A DNA stretch of 64,000 nucleotides, taken from contig JAQGDQ010000029.1 in assembly GCA_030141605.1 (NCBI GenBank), forward strand, positions 1,000,321 through 1,064,320. The letters are read 5' to 3'. Within the stretch, counting starts at the first letter, position 1. The number at the start of each line of letters is the position of its first letter. Made by a program: the position numbers and the translations under genes. This document shows positions 1 through 12,200 of the stretch, piece by piece. The notes beneath the pieces are model-generated. The model made no database searches, was not told the DNA's origin, and saw only the letters and a program-made list of their open reading frames with translations. Source of the DNA: Tubiluchus corallicola. Taxonomy: Eukaryota > Animalia > Priapulida.

Positions 1-137
1 TTGTGATTAACAGATGGAAATTACAAGTCTTAGCATGTTTTTCTTGATTATCTGTGGTTAATGAGGAACGCCTTAAGCTACAACTAACAGGAAGATGTAG
101 CCAGCAGGTTTTGTTGTTGAAGCTATCAACATCAACC

Positions 138-268
138 ATGGTGGTGACGCTTGTGATGTGGGCCGCTGTTGGCGTTTATTGTGCCGTGGTTGCTCTGATA
201 TGGGGATACATTCTGAAAAATAGGAGAATGTTGGGAGGGTATGGTTGCGGAGGCGATTCTGAGCACAG
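138..268 (+). CDS. RAP1GAP: Candidate alternative first coding exon of Rap1GAP encoding an N-terminal transmembrane signal-anchor
   Basis: caaccATGG start; [30 protein letters not shown]...DSEH; donor CAG|GTAATG in phase 2, matching the phase-2 acceptor at 954. Confidence 0.7.
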
Positions 269-3200
269 GTAATGAGGAGCAGAAGAAGGCACTAAAACAT
301 TGCAGTATTCTTGGACACAACTCCACACACAACCTTGGGATCAATTTATAATTTTAAAGTTCAGAATGTTTCGTGTTATTACTGAAACACAATATCGTAC
401 TATTCTTACATGTAAATTGACATACTACTTTTGCATCGTGTTTGCATTCCTGATATGCATTCTTTAAGAGGCGCCATTATGTTTAATGAGGACCCACTAA
501 TGATTGTATAATAGAATTTATGTTGACTTCATATAGGTTTTGCGTTACAAGCCGCTAGTCGTAACCAAATGCAGCTTTATTGTAATTTTGTTCTAGCTCA
601 CTTACAAAGTTTGTGGACATCATACGTTTTTGTCACAATTATAAAGTCAAGTCAAATCGACACCCCATTTTTGTATGACTTGCATAATGCTCTTAAGTAA
701 TTTTGTCTTTAAATAAGACAGGGAGGTGTGAGAAACACTCACACGTGTGCACTAGGAACATTACAATAGAAATCACTGTGGGAACAAATAATTAATAACC
801 GTGTCGCCTCTGCTGTGCTTTTGACGCCTTGTCATTGCTATTACTGTTGAAGATATACCTACTGCTGAAGAAATATGTGGTGTTACGTAATAATGATACC
901 ACGTGATGTTATGTAATATCATCTTAATAACGACATTCTTTTTTTAATTACAGAAAGCAAGGAATGGATGGGCAGCTCTACTGTGAGTCCCACGAATCCA
1001 TGGCACCTCTGGAGAAAGAGCAGAAGAATGAGAAGAAAACAGGACAGGTAAAGGCAATTTAGTTTTAGTTTCTTTCTCTTAACGTTAAATTAATCATGCT
1101 AGTTTAGTTATAACAAGATTATGAGGGTGTAGCTACGCCATCAGAGAACACAAACACAAAATTGCTTAAATGTGAAGATTTCAAACGTTTCTAATCGTCA
1201 TTGTTTCATACCGTGAATTCATTATTTCAGATTTCTAATAACTGCTTCAACAGTGTATTCATGATAAGGAAAGAGTGATGATTTAAGAGAGATGAAACGT
1301 CATAACTGGCCGAGTTTTGGTTGTTGATGTTTTCTCGGATCACTCACACTGTTGAGCTTAATTTCCAGTTGACGTGAAACTCGCTAATACGATATTTTCT
1401 CAGAAAACTATATTAAAAATTTCTTTCTTGCTAAAATTGTCTCATTTAAACAAAGGACACTCTAACCAGGGCTGCTTAAATTTTCTGTTTAATGTGACGG
1501 GATTCCTTCAAAGTCTTTGGGAATTTGCCGTGTTTAGGGCGAGATTTCTGAGATGGGACTGTAGATATCCACGCCCATCGGTCTTCAAATGTTTAATAAA
1601 CTGGCAATGAACGAATTGAGCACATAGCACATGCCACAGTAATATTTTTTGTTTGTTTAGCTGTCTTTTTGGTTAGTAAAATACCTTCGCGAGAAGACAC
1701 CGACTTGTTGGCTGGTAATTAATGACCTTTCTGCACCTTACACTGATTCTTTATGAGCTAGCTAACTAATCAGCGCTAATAAATAGTATATGCGTATAAT
1801 TATTTTCCTCTGTGTATAATGCGCATAGGTGTTCGTGCAGTTTTACCGGATGGCTTATACATTTCTATACGGCTGAAACTTCCTTTGGGCGATTTTAATG
1901 AGATCTACTCCAGGTGGTAACTAATATACTGAAACGACAAGCCGCAATTTATGTATTGAGGTTAAACCTTATAGAAGCATTGTCCAAGAGCGCACTAGTA
2001 CGCATTTATTGCTCTACTTTGTCAACTTTGCGCGTGCTTTAATGTACGTGGCAAGGCTACTCACAATTTTAGGGAGGTGCTAAAACTCATAACGAGAATA
2101 AAATGTTCGGAGTAAAAGTAGTTAAAAGACTCTTTTTTAAAACAAATTATGGTATCTGCATACGAAGCAAAACGTAACGATATGAAACTTTACGCTTTTG
2201 CAAGGCTTTGATCCTACTTAAAGCTTATTGATACATAAAATCGCCAAACAATTCCAAATAAGTCAACAAATAAAGAGCCTTGACTCGTTGTTCACAGTTG
2301 ATATCACAGGAGAAGTTGCGTGGCCTTGCTGGAAGTTGCTGCACGTAAAAATGTGTCTAAAGTTGACGTATCTACTAAAAATGTGTCTAATGAGCATGAC
2401 CGCTGCAGACTTTCACAGATCTTATGCATGTTAAGTTATCCAAACGCAGACAGGCGTAACGAAAATGCAAGTCCACTTGCAAATGTCAGTGTTCTATGCT
2501 TTAGTGTTGCATCCAAAAAACAAAATGTTTGTGTTTTCTAATTTGTGTCAGTCAGTTATCAGTAATTGGTCACCCCTGTTAAGGTCTCAATGTTTATGTG
2601 TCTAATTGTGTTTATTGTTTAATAAAAAACTCTGTACATCGACCTTTTTGCAGTCACATGCAATATAATGAACATTTGCACTTTCATTTTTAAATGGATG
2701 AAAATATCGTTTTGTTTTGTCTACTCCTTAATGACTGGTCTGTTAGTTAAGACTTTATTAATCATTACTTTTGTATTTATAGTTTGTATCGGTAGTAATT
2801 TACCATTTTGCCGGGTTACTTACGTATGGTATAGTTTTGTTTTGCATTTTTGCCTTCATGTACTCATTTTTCAACAAATGGCATGCAATTACTTACACAT
2901 TGTATGTCCATTATTAATATAAATCACTTTTTAATAGTTGTCTATGGCTTTACCTTAAGATATTTAAGTGATCTTTTCTTTATGTTCATTTCTAAAATTG
3001 AACTTCATTAAAGACTCGAACTTGGAACTGCTGGAGGTCCATGACTTTTATCTAGCCGCTGACTTTCAGTTAAAACCGAAGGAGACGAATTAAAATTTAT
3101 TTCTATTCTAAAGTGGACATTGACGTCATAGCTTCGTCCGTTTGTCAGTCGAATGACAGGAATAGCATTGAATTCGCTGATTCCACTCACAAAAACATCA

Positions 3201-6200
3201 AATATACAAAAGGGTTGATAGTGCATGTTTTAATCCTACTCGTAAAATTTTTACTCGGAAATGCTTTTAAGCTCTTTGCTTCAAGTTGATTTACATGATT
3301 ATATCCCTGTGCGCAAGCTGTGTGTTTGTGAAGCGGGTTGTTTACGCTGAGGATGTTTTTGTTTACGTTTGAAGGCGTAAAGGCTTTTCGTTGCCAGAAT
3401 CTGGGTTTTGAATACACCGGCTTCATAATGTTCTCACCAGGCGCATGTAATTGATCGCTAATTTGATAAGAAATTACCTAGCCTAAAAAGTGTGAAGGCG
3501 GCAACATGAACGAGAATACCAGAGTAGCTTGTACCGTATTCTGCCAATACGTGTACGCTTGATACTGTATTTATAAAATTTTATCCATGCCTTACGTAAT
3601 TTGTTGTAAACATTTTACTGATTCCAAATTGCTGGTATACCCTTTACTAGAAAAGTTGATATAATTGTTAAAATTTACGGTTTCGGTTATTATTGGAGGC
3701 CTGGTGTTAGCAAATATATTTACTGCGATGTTTTCGTGCTAACTGAGAATAGGAGATTTATATTTTTCTACGTCTACCCTTTCTGAGCCCACTTTTGTTA
3801 TATGAAACAAGGAAGGTGTAAAATATTATTTTCAAAATAACAAAATTTGAACTTCATTTGCTTGTTTCAGTTTCTAGGTGGTAAGTGTCCTGACCTTTCT
3901 GTTTTGATTTCCGTAAATGCACGATGATGGTAATGATAACGGCGATGACGACGATTATAGTTATGATTATAATTACTGTTATGTGTAAAACTACAGGTGG
4001 AACATAGTAATAACACTGCTTAGATATTTAGATAACTGACAAATTAGCGAAATTACAACTCGATACAGTTTCGTGTACTAGAAACACCTTTTAAATATTT
4101 TTGGGGAATGTACCTTTGGTTTAGATGTGCTGTCTTTATAGTTCCAAATTTGACCTCAAGACGAAAGGTTGCAAAGTATAAATTAATGTCTGTGGCCCTT
4201 TGCTTGCATGGTAATTAGGTACCAAACTTTAACCGTGTCAGTAATATGTGGGGCAAGGTGAGGTAAGGTTTGTTGTGTAGCGAGAATACACAGACATTAC
4301 TGCTCAAGTGTTGTAAGCCTGTATTAACGCTACCTCATGGCCCTAATCTGTTTGGTTTTGATTAGTATTTTAGTAAGTAATGGTAGTTGTAATGAGAATA
4401 TGATAAGGTATTTTAGTATAAGAGAATTGGGCATATGGTCTCTTGATTTGGCACTATGTGCCGTACTGTGTCGTTGTTGGCGATTTGGTATAGCTACAGA
4501 TGCATGTGAACGTAATTTGTTTTTGGTGATATGGTGTGCTGTTCACATGTAAGCACTGAATGAAAAATCGGCAATATGTATCTTCTCCTTTTCTCCGGTT
4601 TAGCAGAAACGTACTTTTAACCCACATGGCAAATCAACAGGCCCTAGTACTGTGATAGTACTGTGAACAATGAAACATACTCTCTTTCACTCTTTCTTGT
4701 GGTTGTAGATTAAACTAGTTACTATTACTACGTACACGATTACAAGTAAATGTGAACTTTATAGGAATTTGCTATGGTCATAAAAATATAATGTGAAATA
4801 ATGCAGAAAACCGTCTCGAAATCCAAAACAAGTTCAAGAAAGTTTGGGTGTTTTTATTGGACAGTATTGGATATCAGTAGATGGACAAGTATGAGATTTC
4901 TCGGTGCTTTCACTTGGAGCATTTGTCAGTAAACTCATGACCTAGTTTGTCAGTTTGTCGGTGTCCACGACCACACAACCTCAGCATGCGAAAAGAGGAA
5001 CATCAAATTGGCTCGTTTATTTTACGTAGAACCTTTGCCACGTGTGAACGCATCTTTAGCAAGCATTTCTAAAGCATTCAACCTGCACAAGGCTGTGTTG
5101 ACGAGCATCCAACATGCGTTTTCATTTCTAAAGTATCAGGACTCATTTGGTTTAACTGCAAAATTTAGCATTATTACAGGGTTGCATACATGGCAAGCAG
5201 CATGCTATTCAATCTCAAATTACGTATGTTTTCGAAAAATAACTATTGAAAATTTTTATTAGACATCCCCAACAAGTAGTTAGCGTCCTGGCTCTGACGT
5301 ACTGTATCGATTTTAAGCTGTTTTCAGTAAGAGGACCAGAGGTGAAATAGGAACTGGTACATGATTGTGGCATTCGGGAACATTGTGGAACATACAGGTC
5401 TATTGTTGTGGAAAAAATTTCCTTTCACGTGAAAAAACTGCCATTTTAAGGATAATATTTACTCAGTCTAGAGATTGTCTGAAGGCAACGTCCTTCGCCC
5501 GCACTAAGCTTTCATTTAGCCAGTTGTCAGATAATCATTATCGAGTAGGTAATGGGGTCTCTGTTCCTAGGTAATGGCCTGTTGTAAATAGACGCACCGT
5601 TTCAGTAAATCATTTATTTACCATCAGTATTATTTTCTACAGTGTTTAGCCAAAAGAAAATTTTGCAAGTAAACAAGTCTAAATAATTTGCAAACTCTTT
5701 TTTGGTTTCCTGCCAAAAAAAGAAACATCTTTACTTGCACTGCACATACCACTAATGTTAAGCTGTCTTCACAGGGCGAATATATGCAATATTCAGTTCA
5801 GCAGATTCACTCGGTCCTTGTGCATACAAGATTCAAGTCACACATATTTTGGGTTTAGATTACACAGCTTCGTTATCACTCAGAGATTAGATTTTTAGAA
5901 GTTACTGTACAGCCCAAATGTTTATATAAGAATTGCAATTCAGAATCGTCGAACTAAAAGAACGGCTAAAGGAAAACAGCATGTATACAACTCACCATTC
6001 TCTGTCTGACGTTACCATACATTTTTACTTCTAATCTTTGTTGCGGTAAAATGATGTCATTACTAATTAACCTTTAATAAAACATGAATAATGTTGAGCG
6101 GATACTATCATCATGAATTCGTTGGACTATTAACTCTTTGTTATCAGTTTGAAGCCTGTGTTACAATTTTTGTGTTGTCGTGCACTAGCAGCCCACGCAC

Positions 6201-9200
6201 ATTGTTTATTAAACTGTCAATAAGAAATTGTGTGTATTTATCTTACGGAAAAGCCAATTTAACACTGATTCACAAGTTTTGCTAAATGTCAACAACATTA
6301 GGTTATATTAGCCTGTTTACCGTTAATATATGTGATCGCTTAAGCGTGTAACTGATTCATTTTCGTTTAGTATGCCTATCGTGGGAGGTGGGTGTTTGCG
6401 GTTATGGGCACGTTGTAGCGATCATTATTTACGGGAGAGCCTTGATTTTTTATTGGTGTGTAACACTTGAGTATTATGCTGTTTTGTAAGGTTTTTGTGA
6501 TGTATGGACTTGCGGTCATGCAGTTCTGGTTATTATTCGTCTTCGATTACCTAAATAGGCGTTTCTTTATGTGTCTGATGATGTATATATTCATTACTAT
6601 GTAAATTAGCAATAAGTGAGATGTGCAAAGTCGATATATTTCTTATGCGTAATATTATTGTAAGCATCGTTTAAATTTTCGATTAAAATTTGTCGTATAA
6701 ACAGTCATGACAAGACGCTTTTGTGATGCGATTGAATATAGCGCGCATTTCAAGATTTTGTGGTTAGAAACTCTCATAACGCGATTATTAAAAGCGCTAC
6801 ATTGCGTGAGTTTTAATGATCCGTGAGTTTATGCCCGAAGGTTTCTTTTTTCTATCATCAAGGCTGTTATGGTCATACGTTAATTTCACAATTATTTCGT
6901 AAGAATGCTCCGCCAAGGTTTATGGCTTGAGGAATGTTGAAAGGGACACGCAATTTTTAAATTTGTTACTACATTCTTAGAAATTGGTTTTTATCATGAG
7001 CTATTATTCAGATGACCGAAAAGTTACTAATGATAATGTTGTTAAAGTTTGTGGTCGACAACAGGGCATCACCAGAAGCGAAGATTGTCAAATTTTTCTA
7101 CCAAGCCCCTTGTATGGAACTACTTTATTTTAAGAAGGTCACTAGAAATTCACTTTAGATGCACTAATTAGTTACTGCACCGCTTCATGTCTTGAGCATT
7201 ATACTTTAACCCTGGCGTAAATTATTTACACGGATTATTGCGTTTTACAGATTAGTACAGTCTGTAAATAAAATATTTTATTTACGTAGTCAGTGTCATT
7301 TTAAAATATTAAAATATTAGATTGGTAAACATGATAATTTCGTGTATGCTGTACGCAGAGTTAAATGCGGACATTTTTGTCAATGTTAACAGTTATAATC
7401 TTAAACGACCGCGCGTTTTTCTGGTTGTTTATCGCCAAAAAATTCGCTTATGACTCAGCTCTGCTTCACTAAAAAATTAAGCATATAAAACCTAACTGCC
7501 AAGAAGTCGGGCTAAGTATATCGCCTGATCACTTTGCTATTCAAGCACTGGGTACTTGCATGGAAACTAAAGTTCAACAGTATTGATTATTAGAATCATA
7601 TAACAACAACGGCGACACCGGCGGCGGCAATGGCAGTAGCAACAGCAACAACAACAATTATAATAATTACAGCAGCAGCACAGAATCTTTAACCGGAAAT
7701 CATTATCGCTTTAATTATTCGATGATTTATTAGCTGATTTAGTTTGTTGGCGTGTAGTTGTCTGACAGACTGGTTGCCTGCCTAATAGGCTGGTTAACTT
7801 ATTGGCAGACCGAGATAATGATTCACGGAATATCACGGCGAATGTCTAATTAAGTAGTTAAAGTATATTCTATCTTAACCAGTGTGATAAATAAATGGCT
7901 TTTGACAAGTGTCCGACGTTAAAACATTCTGTGTTGCAGGGAGAGGAATTGTTTGACATACTAGAGCGAATGCAAGGTAGTCGTCTAGATGAACAAAGAT
8001 GCAACCTTCCGGCATCCTTCTTCCAGGTAAGTTTACTAACTGTTTAACTTACCTGTATCAGCTTGCTGACAGAAGTTAAAGTAAAAATATTGTACATATC
8101 GTTATACAGCCATGATCAGGGGTTGACAAATTGTGCTCGTAAAAAAACCCATATTTTTCACAAATAATCATTAATATCAGTTTTAAGCTTCATAAGGTTA
8201 TTTCAGAAATCATGATTTCAGATAAACCATTTCACTCATTCACTACCCTCACAAAAACGAATATTATGAAGTTGAAGGTACTCTTTGAAAATTTTATTTG
8301 ATGTCCTTGCTCTTTGAATAAAGAATTTGATTCAGAACTTTCTGACAAGAATTTTTTTCCTGGTCTGTGTCTTATAAACTTCAGTAAGATGAGCTCATTG
8401 TAGCAAATAAAATAAAATTTCGTAACAGAAAACCAACAGGTAGCACTAGCAACTGCAATTAGAAATTTTATATTATGTCCGTCAGAATAGGCTTATGTGA
8501 AAATGAAAGATTCGCTGTGTTTCAACGCAAACCTGGAGCAGAACAATTACATCACTGCCCTGGACTTTCACATTAGTAATCTAATCCGCAGGATATATAC
8601 GTTGCAGTAACTTGGGAGCCATTTAAAGTTAATGTCTCCCACGGGCGTACAAATATTGCCAACTCTGTCTCCCCAGTACTCCCCTGTGTAGAATACATCC
8701 TAATGGAATATGTGCGGATGACACTCGAGTGCCTGTTTTAAGGCTGGTCACGATTTTCTGAACTAAAACAATTATGGTTAGCGAGAAGCTTATGCTGGGA
8801 GCTCAGGAAACCACGTTTATTTTCCAGTTAAGCCATTCCGAGTGAAATGGTTCTGCTGTCATTCCTGGCCTCCCTCAATCCTATTACACGAAAAGAACCA
8901 ATTTGAGGAGGCAGCGATTTAAGTGTGCTTTTTTCTGGTCATTATCCGAGAATTTGCATGGAGATATACATGAATCAGCAGAGGAAAATGATGGCAATAA
9001 GCCTTTTCACAGTTTCGTTGTGTGCACGCACAATTGCTGCAGATCAAGGGCTAAATGTACCACAGCAACGCGTCTTAACTACAGCCGTCACGTGACACGT
9101 GGGTAAAACAAAGCCGTCTACTGCATCAGTTCAATAACTTCAGTTGTAGATGCATTAAGCTGTGCGTAGAGTGATTTACTAGCAGGATCTTGCTTGGGAT

Positions 9201-12200
9201 CGAGAAAAAAAGAACTAAGTAAGGTTTTAGCTAGCTGTTAAAACTGCCACTATTACAGTAGCTAGGGCTGCGGGGCGTTGTCGAGTGTACACAAATGAGT
9301 TGTCTCGCACACTTAACCTTTTACCTTTTCACGATCATCATCATCGATTGCTGGAATTGTGAAAAGGCTTATTGAAAACATGTATGCTGTCTTGTAATTT
9401 GAAGGCAAAAATAGACCTATGTGCGTTCAAATGGACAAAAATTTCAATGTTAAAATTATTTTCTTTGTTCTGAGTCTTAAAAAATCAGCTGATGTTTTTA
9501 TTCCGGCATGTCTGCATGCACAGTATTCGCTTAATTTTTTACCATGAAATGGTTTTTGACGAAAATAGCGCATAATAATGAAAAAAGAGAGTCAAAATGA
9601 AACTGAAAAATGTTCAAAGTAAAAGAAGTGACATTTTGACCTCGTTTTTTGGACAAGCAATCTTGAAAAGTGAGGTTTCTTTCGACAGGCTTATTCATCA
9701 TTGTCACTCAAACTGAGTTGAGAAAGTTCACGTGTAAAAAAAGCAAAAGGTCGTAACTGGTCACACAACTATATAATTTCACACCTGAGGGCTACACGCA
9801 ATTGACACAAGTTAGGGTATTTGAAAAACAATTAAGATTTTGGGTCAGCCCAATTTTGGAATCAATAGTTACCCTAATAACTAATTATCGCCCTTAAATA
9901 TGGATTTGTTTTGTGGAAATTGTGTAAATGATTTTCCAGTCAATGGCCATGCGCGTTATATAATACCATTTGTGCCATTTTTACGGTACCATTTTTCCCT
10001 GACACCAGACACATTAAGGTACACCTGGTGCTAGCTAGTAATGTTAGTTCAGTATTCATGTTAGTAGATGGCAATACCAGAGGTGTTTAATGCGGCGACA
10101 GAGATATATTTATCGAGGAATGAAGCATTATAAGCTGGTGCCGCTTTAGTTGTTAGCTAATTAACCATTTTTCATGTCTTTATCCATTTTGCTGTCTCTT
10201 TTTTCTTCCTGCTGCTTTTGCTCAGTCTTCGGAGTTTGTAGAGATGGTGCTGAAGTTTCAATGTCATAGACTAGACGAACAGAGATGTCATTTGCCATTT
10301 CTTAGCGACCTGGTACTTTTCATTCCCTTTAAAATACAAAGATATTGAGTTAAAATTGAAAAAAAGAATTTGGATAGATAAGCACGTTTTAGCAATCCAT
10401 TGTTTTTCATTAGAGGAGACGCTGTGCATGAGTTCATTTCTGCACAATATTTTTATTTGTGTGTTTGTCTAGCTATAGTTTGTGTATTTCGTGCCTAGAG
10501 TAATTTTTTCATGCGATTTACAGTGGGGAAAACTCATTCATTTACATAGACTGCTCTGAATCTATTTTAGCATTTTCGTAGATACCGGGACTTGGTCAAT
10601 GCATTGATTAGCTTTCTCAGGTCTTTGTTTTATTCAACTGCGAAAAACGCAGCTAAAAGCACGCTAGCGTGAACTTTTGGCTTTTTTAGTTTTAACGGCA
10701 AGACTTTTCAGTGTGCACTAGGTTCTCGTGCAGTGCGAACAGTCTCTGTTTTGCAATGTAAATCGTGTGTGCGTTTATTCTCTTATTTATTTAAAATAAC
10801 AAATCCCTTTTGTAATGTAAACCTGTAGTGATAAATACAATTCCGTGTATGATATGTCAGTTAATTTGTAGGTGCGAAGCTAATCCCAGTTTCAAAATTA
10901 CGAATTGCAGATAAATGAACATGGATTTTTTTTTTTGAGAGTAAATCGTTATCACTCGTATAAATAGTAACGTGGTATAAATAGTCATATAAATAAATCA
11001 ATACAAACTTTTGGAACTTGATTTGATTTTAGCCAGGAACCATTGCTGATCGATAACAAAATCCAAAACTTAGCACTGTAGTTTCTTAGTTGTGGTAAAT
11101 CGACTATCCGTGAAATATCTTTTGTTCAAATCCAGATCTTTTCAATGTTTGGTCCCAAAATTATAAGTGTTGTAGTGATGAGATGAATAAAACTGCTGGG
11201 TTTATGTTGTATAGAATTGTGTGTGCTTTGGTGGTTGCGAGGATGTTATTGTCTTCTGTAGTAGCATGCCATATGCGATTTTATTCCTAATTATTTTTTA
11301 ACATTTTAATACTTAAACGTTTGTGGAACAAACATATGTACGTGTTTGAGCATGTGAATTTGTGGTCTGTATAACATGGAATGTTAAGCTATAATGTGAC
11401 TTCGGCAGGAAAAACAATGGAATCAGAGTTCCCACATTTGCCTTGTTTTCGTAAAGGATTGTCTCTGTGATGCCATTTTAGTTATCAAAGAATTGTAATG
11501 TTGTTTAACTGTAATTGATTTACTCAGGGCTGAAGTTTATACAGTTAATCTCGACTTTCAAAAGCATGTCTTTCAATTTTACCATTCACTTTTTAGCAGA
11601 ACGAGAAAAAGCCTGTTGCTCCCCGACGAAAGAAAGAGAGTCCAATGGCGACCACTGTCAGGGAGATCACGCAGAAGCCTGGGCCATATCCTATGATTAT
11701 CCTTCCTCAGTCAGGCGGTTACTGGGCCGATGGATTAGATTCGGAGAGCAGTGGCGATTTTGGTAGTGGCCAAGTGGCAGCGCCATCAGCAAACACGGAG
11801 CAGTACAAGATCGAGATGAATGAGACTGCAAGGTGCTATCGGAATCTCTTCCTTGGGAAAGTAAGTCTTTACTAATACAAATTTCTGCAGACAGAAAAAC
11901 AGGCAATCTTACCACATAGTTTGATGTCTTCTGTAAATGGTCATGTCATGTGTCATGCATATTGTCAGGTACATGTGAGAATGCCACCTGAGTCTAAGCA
12001 TTGCGTAGAATTGCATGAATCTTAAGTGATCAAGGTCTGAGTGATATGAACTTACCAAGCAATGTGCATGCATTTTTCTGAGGACTTCATACTATTATGA
12101 AAACATAGTTCCATTTTATGTATGCTGTGTAAGTATTCAGTGAGGTCGTTATGACATCTGCCCCCATCTTATCCCATTAAATGTAGAAAGGTCAGTCAGC

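Noticed and set aside
4246-4263. ATG TGG GGC AAG|GTGAGG, a possible MWGK first exon
   Set aside because: Phase-compatible, but four codons with no motif cannot be told from chance.
4337-4552. 71-aa ORF with a signal-peptide-like start ([12 protein letters not shown]...)
   Set aside because: Its frame reaches the 4549 donor in phase 2, incompatible with the phase-0 GoLoco exons; no recognisable homology.
5552-5576. MGSLFL myristoylation-like start before a donor
   Set aside because: The donor falls in phase 1, out of frame with the downstream exons.
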